A stretch of 54,865 nucleotides of DNA from an uncultured Candidatus Cloacimonadota bacterium (GTDB lineage Bacteria; Cloacimonadota; Cloacimonadia; Cloacimonadales; TCS61), in contig CAZOCS010000002.1 in NCBI GenBank assembly GCA_964578365.1, forward strand, positions 1 to 54,865, in the 5' to 3' direction. A program made the translations under genes and the position numbers. Positions 18,411 to 26,583 of this stretch are shown in pieces; the stretch's first letter is position 1, and every line of letters begins with the position of its first letter. The notes beneath the pieces are model-generated. The model was not told the DNA's origin and made no database searches. It saw nothing but the letters and a program-made list of their open reading frames with translations.

Positions 18411-19256
18411 ATGCGAGAAGTGAATGTGAAAGATCTGATCCCAGTTGTAAAGAAACTTTGCATCGATGCCAATTATTATATGGGTGAAGATGTAATAGCC
18501 AAGATTAAAGAACTCAAAATGAAGGAAGAATCTCCAACAGCTAAAAGTGTTTTGGATATTTTATTAGAAAATTACGAATTAGCAGATAAGGAGCAAATGC
18601 CGATATGTCAGGATACAGGTATTGCTGTTGTCTTTGTTGAATTGGGACAAGATGTTCATTTGGTTGGCGGAGACTTTACCGAAACAATAAATGAAGGTGT
18701 TCGGCAAGGTTATCAAGATGGTTATTTACGTAAATCTATGGTTGCTGATCCAATAATAGATCGAATTAATACAAAAGATAATACACCGGCAATTATTTAT
18801 ACTGAGATCGTGCCTGGTGATAAGATCAAGATAACAATTGCTCCCAAAGGCGGTGGCAGTGAAAACATGAGCGAAGTGAAAATGATGAAAGCAGCAGACG
18901 GCATCAAAGGTGTTATCGATTTTGTTGTAGATCGCATTAGTAGGTCCGGAGGAAATCCATGTCCACCGATAGTTGTAGGAGTTGGTTTAGGTGGAAATTT
19001 TGAACAAAGTGCACTTCTTGCCAAGAAATCACTACTGCGTTCACTCACAGAAAGAAATCCAGATCCCAAATGGGCAAAGGTTGAAGAAGAAATATTAGAA
19101 AAGATCAATGATCTGGGGATCGGTCCGCAAGGACTAGGTGGCAGAACAACAGCCCTAGCTGTTCATATTCTTTCCAAACCGTGCCATATTGCTTCTATGC
19201 CGGTTGCGGTAAATGTTCAATGTCATGCTGCTCGGCATAAAAGTGCTGTGATATAA
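18411..19256 (+). CDS. Class I (Fe-S) fumarate hydratase, alpha (N-terminal domain) subunit
   Basis: 281 aa. MPICQDTGIAVVFVELG, PKGGGSENMS, GPQGLGG. Confidence 0.85.
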   Translation: MREVNVKDLIPVVKKLCIDANYYMGEDVIAKIKELKMKEESPTAKSVLDILLENYELADKEQMPICQDTGIAVVFVELGQDVHLVGGDFTETINEGVRQGYQDGYLRKSMVADPIIDRINTKDNTPAIIYTEIVPGDKIKITIAPKGGGSENMSEVKMMKAADGIKGVIDFVVDRISRSGGNPCPPIVVGVGLGGNFEQSALLAKKSLLRSLTERNPDPKWAKVEEEILEKINDLGIGPQGLGGRTTALAVHILSKPCHIASMPVAVNVQCHAARHKSAVI

Positions 19257-19266
19257 AGGAGAAAAC

Positions 19267-19815
19267 ATGGAAATATATTTAACGACACCCTTAAAAACTG
19301 AAGATCTGGAAAAACTGAAGATCGGAGATCAGGTTTATATTACCGGAACAGTTTACACAGGAAGAGATGCTGCTCATAAAAGACTTGTGGAACTTCTAGA
19401 AAAAGGAGAGCAGCTTCCCTTTGATGCAGAAGGACAAATCATCTATTATGTAGGACCTGCACCTGCTCCTCCCGGAAAACCAATCGGTTCTGCCGGACCC
19501 ACAACAAGCTATAGAATGGATCCCTATGCACCAGCTCTGCTAGATGCAGGTATGAAGGCCATGATCGGTAAAGGACCACGAGATCAATCTGTGATAGATT
19601 CGATGATAAAAAACAAAGCAGTTTACTTAGCCGCGGTTGGCGGAGCAGCAGTTGTTGTCGCCAAATCTATTAAAGAATCAAAAGTGATAGCATACGAAGA
19701 TCTGGGACCGGAAGCTATCCGTGAAATGAAAGTAGAGAACTTCCCATGCGTAGTAGCAAATGATGTAAATGGGAATGATATCTACAAAGCCGGTGTTGAA
19801 AAGTATAAAAGATAA
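19267..19815 (+). CDS. Class I (Fe-S) fumarate hydratase, beta (C-terminal domain) subunit
   Basis: 182 aa. ITGTVYTGRDAAHKRL, GPTTSYRMD, MIGKGPR. Confidence 0.85.
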   Translation: MEIYLTTPLKTEDLEKLKIGDQVYITGTVYTGRDAAHKRLVELLEKGEQLPFDAEGQIIYYVGPAPAPPGKPIGSAGPTTSYRMDPYAPALLDAGMKAMIGKGPRDQSVIDSMIKNKAVYLAAVGGAAVVVAKSIKESKVIAYEDLGPEAIREMKVENFPCVVANDVNGNDIYKAGVEKYKR

Positions 19816-19838
19816 AAATAATAAGGAGATTATGTAGA

Positions 19839-21293
19839 ATGGAAAAATTAAAGATCGATCTCACAAATTTAAATGAAGTTTTTCCTGATGATTTTTCGCA
19901 GGAACAAATTGCTAAAGGTAAAACGTTGTTTCTAAAAAAAATGTCGGAAGATGCTCACAAATTTTATGGTGGAAAGATCCAGACAGTGCCAAAAGCAGGA
20001 GTGTTTGGCTTTAACTGGTTTAACGTTTGGTACACACCGGGAGTTTCTAAAATATCCACAACGATACGTGATGATAACGACACAAGCTTTGATCTTTCCA
20101 ACCGTGGGAATCTGGTAGCTGTAGTAAGTGATTCCACACGTGTTTTGGGTGACGGTGATTGTACACCTCCTGGCGGACTTGGTGTGATGGAAGGAAAAGC
20201 TTTTTTGATGAAATACCTAGGCGGTGTAGATGCAGTAGCACTCTGTGTAGATAGTAAAGATGAAAATGGTATCAATGATCCTCAAAAAATAATTGATTTT
20301 GTGAAAATGTGCCAACACAGTTTTGGTGCAATTAATTTGGAAGATATCTCCCAACCAAACTGCTATAAAGTTTTAGACACACTTCGAGAAGAATGCGATA
20401 TCCCAGTTTGGCATGATGATGCACAAGGAACGGCATGTGTTACTTTGGCTGGTCTCATCAATGCGCTGAAGCTGGCAGAGAAAAAAATTGAAGATGTAAA
20501 GATCGCTATGTTGGGAGCAGGAGCTTCTAATACAACAATTGCCAGACTGATAATCGCTGCTGGTGGAGATCCTAAAAAAATGTATGTTTTTGATTCTAAA
20601 GGTGGATTACATACAGGTCGATCTGATATTGAAGCGGATAAACGTTTCTACAGAAAATGGGAACTTTGCGAAAGTACGAACCCAGAGAAGATCGATACAT
20701 TTGCCGATGCTTGTGTGGGAGCAGATGTGATGATAGCTCTTTCCAAACCGGGACCAGATACAGTTAAACCAGAATGGATAAAAACAATGGCAGATAAATC
20801 TATTGTATTTACATGTGCTAATCCTGTTCCGGAAATATATCCGTATGCAGCCAAAGAAGCCGGAGCTTTTATTGTTGCTACCGGTCGTGGGGATTTCCCA
20901 AATCAAGTAAATAATTCAATTGGATTTCCTGGTATACTAAAAGGTGCTTTAATGGTTCGCGCCAGAAAGGTAACCGATAATATGGCAATTGCCGCAGCAT
21001 ATTCTCTGGCAGATTATGCCGAGAAACGTGGAATCGATCCGGAGAACATAGTTCCAACAATGGATGAAGCCGGAGTATTTGCTGTAGAAGCTGCGGATGT
21101 TGCAATGCAGGCGATCAAAGAAGGTGTGGCTCGCGTAGAAATGACTTGGGATGAAGCATTCCAAAAAGCAAAAACTGACATTGAATACTCTCGAGGTATG
21201 ACCAAATTGATTATGGATAAAGGTTATATTGATTCACCTCCTGAAGACATGCTGCAAGAAGCAATTTCATGGGCTATAGATCAAGTTAAATAA
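19839..21293 (+). CDS. NAD(P)-dependent malic enzyme (short form, no PTA domain)
   Basis: 484 aa. VAVVSDSTRVLGDGD, GVMEGKAFLMK, FGAINLEDISQPNC, GAGASNTTIARL. Confidence 0.85.
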   Translation: MEKLKIDLTNLNEVFPDDFSQEQIAKGKTLFLKKMSEDAHKFYGGKIQTVPKAGVFGFNWFNVWYTPGVSKISTTIRDDNDTSFDLSNRGNLVAVVSDSTRVLGDGDCTPPGGLGVMEGKAFLMKYLGGVDAVALCVDSKDENGINDPQKIIDFVKMCQHSFGAINLEDISQPNCYKVLDTLREECDIPVWHDDAQGTACVTLAGLINALKLAEKKIEDVKIAMLGAGASNTTIARLIIAAGGDPKKMYVFDSKGGLHTGRSDIEADKRFYRKWELCESTNPEKIDTFADACVGADVMIALSKPGPDTVKPEWIKTMADKSIVFTCANPVPEIYPYAAKEAGAFIVATGRGDFPNQVNNSIGFPGILKGALMVRARKVTDNMAIAAAYSLADYAEKRGIDPENIVPTMDEAGVFAVEAADVAMQAIKEGVARVEMTWDEAFQKAKTDIEYSRGMTKLIMDKGYIDSPPEDMLQEAISWAIDQVK

Positions 21294-21307
21294 AATAGAC
21301 TATAAAG

Positions 21308-21344
21308 AAATAGGGGCGATTTATAAATCGCCCCTATTTTATTT
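21308..21344. terminator. Bidirectional terminator hairpin between convergent genes
   Basis: ATAGGGGCGA (21310-21319) pairs with TCGCCCCTAT (21328-21337). T-rich on both sides (TTTTATTT downstream on the + strand). Confidence 0.75.
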
Positions 21345-21370
21345 GAAACCTTTACTTCTCAATTTATGAT

Positions 21371-22381
21371 CTATTTCAATAGCATTATCTTACTTGAAAC
21401 TTCTAAAGAAGATGTTTTCAAACGCATAAAATAAACTCCACTGGCTTGTGGATTACCATGAGAATCCTTACCATCCCATGTGGTTGTAAATGTTCCTTCA
21501 CTCAGATGTTCATTAACAAGAGTAATAACATTGCGCCCTTTAACATCATAAATTGTAACTTCTACTGCTCCTGGCTCTTCAATGCTGAAATTAATAGTAG
21601 TGCTTGGATTGAAGGGATTCGGGAAATTCGAGATAGTTGTTTTCATTGGAGCAACTAAATTACTTGGTGATTCAACACTTGGAACCAAGTCAGGTAAGTT
21701 CACACGAGTAGTTTGGAAAACATGATGATTTGATCCATCCTCAACCCAGACAATGAGGATGATATTTTCCTGATCCCAGCTTTCATCCAACGTGGTTGTT
21801 ATCTGCATAGTATGAGAATTCCCCTGCATAGTAATATCTGTTCCCATATGGGTAGGAACCATATTACGATCTACAAAGTTCATAGTTTCATAATTTGGAC
21901 CGGTATAAGGAATATTTGTTTCTGTGATAACTACATGAACACGAGGATTAGGCATGTCTTCACCTTCATCCTTTTCAATGGAAATATCCAAGGTAAGTTC
22001 ATTGTCGGTGAGTGATCCTGTAAAATCGATCGTACAAGGAGCAACAGCTGCCATGCGTTCGTTAATGGTTGCTTCTAAAATTGCATGAGTATAAGGCCAT
22101 GTAGGTTCAGGAAGTCCATCGGGTAAAAGTGTAGGATACAAGCTAATTCCTAAAACATTAATCCTGCCCTCAGAACCAGTATGGGCAAATTCATCATTAT
22201 AATGATGATTTGCAACAGCAATAGAATAACCTTCAGCATACATTTGGTCTACCAGCGCCGCGGTAGCAGGGCAGGTACCTCACCAAGTTCCTGTGGCAAT
22301 TTCAAAAAGGACGAATTGCCTTTGTGCAGCATATCCGAAAATAGCTACTAATAAAAAAAGTAAAATTAATAATTTTTTCAT
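21371..22381 (-). CDS. Secreted thioredoxin-like T9SS cargo protein with in-frame TGA at codon 34 (candidate selenocysteine, U-x-x-C)
   Basis: ATG at 22381 preceded by GGAGGAAAAA. Signal peptide MKKLLILLFLLVAIFGYAAQ, then RQFVLFEIATGTW-TGA-GTCPATAALVDQM. The TGA is at 22282-22280, in frame with the 290-aa ORF of the track (starts at 22243). C-terminal sorting domain NFPNPFNPSTTINF...SGVYFMRL...KIMLLK. Confidence 0.65.
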
Positions 22382-22635
22382 TTTTCCTCCTTATTTTGTT
22401 GTAACATTAGATGCAACAATTGTTCCATATAGATAAGCTTTTTATTTTGTTTAGAAATTAATTATATAATTCCTATTATTTAAACAACAATAGATAAATA
22501 TTGTATAAAATTCAAAAAATTATCATACTCAATAAGACAGTTGGTAAATTGAGACTCAAAGAAATATGTACTCTTTTTTCTTTACAATAGCAGCGCAAAT
22601 TCACTGTTTGATTCATAATAAAAAGAGAGGTGTTT

Positions 22636-24330
22636 ATGAAAATTATTATTATTGTTCTAATTATGATGGTTAGTCTTACATTATTTGCTGGTAATTTCGA
22701 ATCATTTCCGGAATTTCAGACACACATAAAAAGTGAATCACAACGTGTTGCCGATATGGAGCTTCATAAGCAGATCAAACAAACCAAAGAGACGCGTGAA
22801 TATGAAATAGGCGATACCCATACTTATTGGCGCTATGACCTATCTGTAATGCCTCCCGGATGGATTCAGATCCCGGCAACATGTCGAGCTGTTGGAGAGC
22901 ATTGTTATGTGTTCGTGGCCGATGAAGAATGGCAAGTTACAATGGACGAAGCAGATGTTCAACAAGTATTCAATTACCTGGAATTTGAAACGATGAATGG
23001 CGACGATTATGGAGTTGTGGAAATGGATACTTTGCATTTTGGTGAGATGCCTGATGAACTGGATAATGATCCCAGGCTCATTGTATTTTATTCTGCTCTT
23101 GGTTCTTATGGCGGAAGCACATTTGATGGATATTTCAGTGCTTATGATCAAGTTACAGAAGCTGAAGCACAACTAATGAATCCACCCGGTCACAGCAATG
23201 AATGTGAGATGATCTATATGACCTGTCATCCATTGAATCCAACCGACCCGATAAGGATTTCTGTTCTTGCACATGAGTTGGAACATCTCATTCATTGGGG
23301 TGGTGATATTAATGAAGAGACTTGGGTAGATGAGGGTTTAGCAGAATTAGCAATGGTTTATTTCGGTATTCCGGATCCCATCTCTCAATTCAATAACAAT
23401 CCCGATAATTCTTTGAATACATGGAATCAGGATTGGGCGGATTATGTAAAAACTATGTTGTTTTTCACATATTTTGCAGAGCAATTTGATGATGGAACAA
23501 TCATCAAGGATTTGGTAAGCGAACCGTTAAATTCTATTTCGGGAATTTCTAATCAACTTGTAGAACATGGATACACAATTCCATTTGAAGCAATATTCAA
23601 TAACTGGACTATTGCAAATTATCTGGATGATCCGGAAGTTGAAGACGGACTATATAATTATGTAAATCTGGAACTTCCCAATTTTAATACAACTCATTAC
23701 CATGCAACATATCCTGCTTCGGGTAGTGGAACTACAAATCCGTGGGCAACTGATTATGCGAGATTGCTTCCTAATGGGCAGGATTTTACTCTGCATCTGG
23801 AAGCGAATCATCCTATTAATTTGGGTGTAATTCGCATGAGTGATGAAGTTGTAACTACAGTAGATTTTTTCAGTGTGGATGATGTGCTGGATATTGATCT
23901 ACCGGAAATGCCAGATGAATATATTCGAATGGTTCTCGTTTTTTCTAATGCAGCTAACTCTAACTTGATCTACAGTTATGAAATTTCTGAGAATACTGAT
24001 GCAGATGATAATATTGTAGAAACTGCAGATTTCAATTTGAAAAATTATCCTAATCCGTTCAATCCAACTACGACGATTAGTTTTGAAACCACAAACTCAC
24101 ACGAATTATCACGAATCGAAATCTATAACTTGAAAGGTCAGAAAGTGAAGAATCTTTCCACGAGCTCGTGTCATCCTGAGTTCATCGAAGGACGAGGGGA
24201 AGCACAATTTAGCATTACTTGGAACGGTGACGATAACAACGGGAAACCGGTTTCTTCGGGAATTTATTACTATAAGTTAGTTATTGATAATAAGGTGATT
24301 GATACAAAGAAAATGTTGTTGGTGAAATAG
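22636..24330 (+). CDS. Secreted HExxH zinc metalloprotease with T9SS C-terminal sorting domain
   Basis: 564 aa from ATG 22636 (AGAGAGG upstream). Signal peptide. LAHELEHLIHWGG...VDEGLAE (gluzincin-like). C-terminus NYPNPFNPTTTISF...SSGIYYYKL...KKMLLVK. Confidence 0.75.
   Translation: MKIIIIVLIMMVSLTLFAGNFESFPEFQTHIKSESQRVADMELHKQIKQTKETREYEIGDTHTYWRYDLSVMPPGWIQIPATCRAVGEHCYVFVADEEWQVTMDEADVQQVFNYLEFETMNGDDYGVVEMDTLHFGEMPDELDNDPRLIVFYSALGSYGGSTFDGYFSAYDQVTEAEAQLMNPPGHSNECEMIYMTCHPLNPTDPIRISVLAHELEHLIHWGGDINEETWVDEGLAELAMVYFGIPDPISQFNNNPDNSLNTWNQDWADYVKTMLFFTYFAEQFDDGTIIKDLVSEPLNSISGISNQLVEHGYTIPFEAIFNNWTIANYLDDPEVEDGLYNYVNLELPNFNTTHYHATYPASGSGTTNPWATDYARLLPNGQDFTLHLEANHPINLGVIRMSDEVVTTVDFFSVDDVLDIDLPEMPDEYIRMVLVFSNAANSNLIYSYEISENTDADDNIVETADFNLKNYPNPFNPTTTISFETTNSHELSRIEIYNLKGQKVKNLSTSSCHPEFIEGRGEAQFSITWNGDDNNGKPVSSGIYYYKLVIDNKVIDTKKMLLVK
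24168..24193 (+). repeat. Short form of the dispersed GTCAYCCTGAGT...ATCGAAGGA repeat embedded in-frame in the protease sorting domain
   Basis: GTGTCATCCTGAGTTCATCGAAGGAC encodes SCHPEFIEG. Its ends match both arms of the element at 49448-49550. Flanked by CTCGT/ACGAG. Confidence 0.55.
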
Positions 24331-24374
24331 TAAAGAATCCACAAATTTGATAGAGAGGTGGATTTGGGTAACAA

Positions 24375-25091
24375 CTATTCTGACTCCATCCTCTCTATTA
24401 TATCAATTATATGCTCAACCTTTTCAGCAACAAATTCAGGTTGAACCTTCCATTCTGAAATATTAGTATCAGAATCATAAAGTGCACCAATGCTGATAAC
24501 CTTGAGATCACTTCCATTCTCTTTAAAAACCTTATTAGCATTAATTGCACAGCGTATATCGGTTTCGTGGTCACCAATGTAAATAACAATACCACTTTTG
24601 TGAAGAACTAACTCATTGATACATTGCAGTAATCCATCCGGTTCGGGTTTTTGTTCGCTAGAGCCAACTTCTTCATAACCCAGAATACAATTGAAATGTT
24701 TCAACATTTTACTTTTCTGTAAAAACTGTCTGATATTTTCTCTGGAATTCTGAGAAACTATCCCTTGTGGATATATTTTTAATAACATTATAACTTCTGT
24801 GATCCCCTTATAAAATGGAACTTTAGTTTCATCTTTAAGCTGAAACTCCGACCATAATTTTCCGGCCTTGTTTATTTCATTTTCATTCAGATCAAATTCA
24901 TTCTTATAAAGAGCACGCCAATTCTTTGCATTTTTAGTTACAATCCGGTAATTATTCAGATTTGTTAGAGAATGGATATTTTCCGGTATTTTGCCGGTAA
25001 TATGCTCGATGATCTTTCTGGTTACATTCAGATTTTTGATGTGTGTATCAACCAGTGTTCCATCATAATCCCAGATAACAGCTTTTATCAT
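24375..25091 (-). CDS. HAD-superfamily hydrolase (phosphatase-like)
   Basis: 238 aa. Motif I VIWDYDGTLVDT. Motif IV-like IYIGDHETDIRCA. Confidence 0.75.
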   Translation of the reverse strand: MIKAVIWDYDGTLVDTHIKNLNVTRKIIEHITGKIPENIHSLTNLNNYRIVTKNAKNWRALYKNEFDLNENEINKAGKLWSEFQLKDETKVPFYKGITEVIMLLKIYPQGIVSQNSRENIRQFLQKSKMLKHFNCILGYEEVGSSEQKPEPDGLLQCINELVLHKSGIVIYIGDHETDIRCAINANKVFKENGSDLKVISIGALYDSDTNISEWKVQPEFVAEKVEHIIDIIERMESE

Positions 25092-25753
25092 TTACTCTTT
25101 CCATAAATATGTTTCATGTCGGGAGCTTCGGTACAATAATAATGTACCCAGATATAAATATGCTGGAATAAAGCAGCAATAAGTGCCGGTTTGGAAAATA
25201 ACAAAAGTCCGGGTATCCACAAGATAAGAAGTCCGAATTTATACATTGCATTATTAGAAAATCTGAAGATGCCTTTTTTCACAAATGGAGTATCAGAAAA
25301 TGATCTATCAAAATGATCAATGCCATATGCTCGTTTAAAACCGAAATATCTTAACACTGAATACATTAGATAAAACACGATCATAGAAAGTAAAATAACT
25401 AAAGAATAGGAGATAGCAGGCTGAAGAGAAATAGAATTTTTACTTGAGATCCCAAGCGCAATTATAAACAGTAATCTAGGCACAAACATGATAGTAAATC
25501 CTACTGAATAAATATAGAATCCAGCTTTGCCAAATATCCTGGAAATATAAGAATAGTATAATTCCAACCGCCAGACGATTAACACATAAACCTGGTGTAC
25601 TATTGCAATTCCAACAGAACAGATCAACCACACTTTTGTAGTGATACCCCAGAAATTTCCATCAAGAAGAGAATTTTTGAGAAGTGCAATGACTCCGTAA
25701 ATTAGAATTGCTACTGAGATCAAATGCCATAGTTGTTTTTCAAATATTTTCAT
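25088..25753 (-). CDS. Polytopic membrane protein, PEMT/ICMT-like methyltransferase family (tentative)
   Basis: 221 aa with about 5 hydrophobic helices. C-terminal KKGIFRFSNNAMYKFGLLILW...HYYCTEAPDMKHIYG resembles the G.Y...R.P.Y...EE..L...FG region of that family. Overlaps both neighbours by 4 nt. Confidence 0.45.
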   Translation of the reverse strand: MKIFEKQLWHLISVAILIYGVIALLKNSLLDGNFWGITTKVWLICSVGIAIVHQVYVLIVWRLELYYSYISRIFGKAGFYIYSVGFTIMFVPRLLFIIALGISSKNSISLQPAISYSLVILLSMIVFYLMYSVLRYFGFKRAYGIDHFDRSFSDTPFVKKGIFRFSNNAMYKFGLLILWIPGLLLFSKPALIAALFQHIYIWVHYYCTEAPDMKHIYGKSK

Positions 25754-26556
25754 TTATCCTCATATTGAGTTCTATAGCTCAGTGTTCCATTCTTATATTC
25801 ATATATCCTAAAGGAAGGCTGTCGGCCAAATCTATTTGTTACAGAAGCTGAAACATACAACGGAATATTACCGATCCAATGCTGTTCACTACCGTGAAAA
25901 TGTCCTGCCAATATAGCTATCACATTATATGAATTTAATGTTTTTTCCCACCGATCTCTGTTCTCATTCTCCCAACCATCATGCATTGTGTTATTATAAA
26001 AAAAACCTACCGAAGGAATATGATGAAATACTATTACAGGTTTACCGCTGGTTTTTTTAAGTGCTTTCTCAAGCTCAAAGAATGGGTCATAATCTTCTAC
26101 AGAAAACGAATATGCAAGTGGGTCAGAATAGAGCCCGATAAACGATACTTCATCAAACTCTTTTACGAATATCAGATCACCAAAATACTCTTGAAAAATA
26201 TCTATTTCTTCCTCTAGATGTTCTTGGAAAATATCGTGATTACCGGGGATGTATAAAAGAGGTGCCTCTAATTCACTCAGTACTCTCACTGCTTTTATAA
26301 CATTAGTTGTATCTCTCATTCCATCTTGTAAAATATCACCAGTATGTATCACAAATTTAATATCCATTGGAAGCTTATTGATCTGCTTAACCAGGTTTTG
26401 TGTGATCTCCAGATTAGTTCCCTTTCCAATATGAGTATCAGCTATCTGAACAAAATAAAAAGGATTAGTTTCCTGACTATATAATTGAAAGAATAAGATA
26501 TTAATAAAGAGAACGATAATCAATATTGTTATAGCTCTATTTTTTTGGTTGAACAT
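25750..26556 (-). CDS. Calcineurin-like metallophosphoesterase with signal peptide/anchor
   Basis: 268 aa. QIADTHIG, HTGDI, GNHD, FHHIP, GHFH. Confidence 0.8.
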   Translation of the reverse strand: MFNQKNRAITILIIVLFINILFFQLYSQETNPFYFVQIADTHIGKGTNLEITQNLVKQINKLPMDIKFVIHTGDILQDGMRDTTNVIKAVRVLSELEAPLLYIPGNHDIFQEHLEEEIDIFQEYFGDLIFVKEFDEVSFIGLYSDPLAYSFSVEDYDPFFELEKALKKTSGKPVIVFHHIPSVGFFYNNTMHDGWENENRDRWEKTLNSYNVIAILAGHFHGSEQHWIGNIPLYVSASVTNRFGRQPSFRIYEYKNGTLSYRTQYEDK

Positions 26557-26583
26557 TAATTTCTCCCATGATTATTAATAAGA

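Noticed and set aside
22280-22282. The in-frame TGA could mean an alternative genetic code (TGA = Trp or Gly).
   Set aside because: TGA clearly terminates well-defined genes in this window (OFOR gamma subunits at 3810-3812 and 7200-7202, hdrC at 7609-7611), each followed by an RBS and the next start. Standard code 11 applies. Only selenocysteine or a nonsense mutation remain.
24336-24364. Hairpin AATCCAC-n15-GTGGATT between the convergent protease and HAD genes as a terminator.
   Set aside because: The stem is 7 bp with a 15-nt loop and no clear T-tract on either strand. This is too weak to report as a feature.
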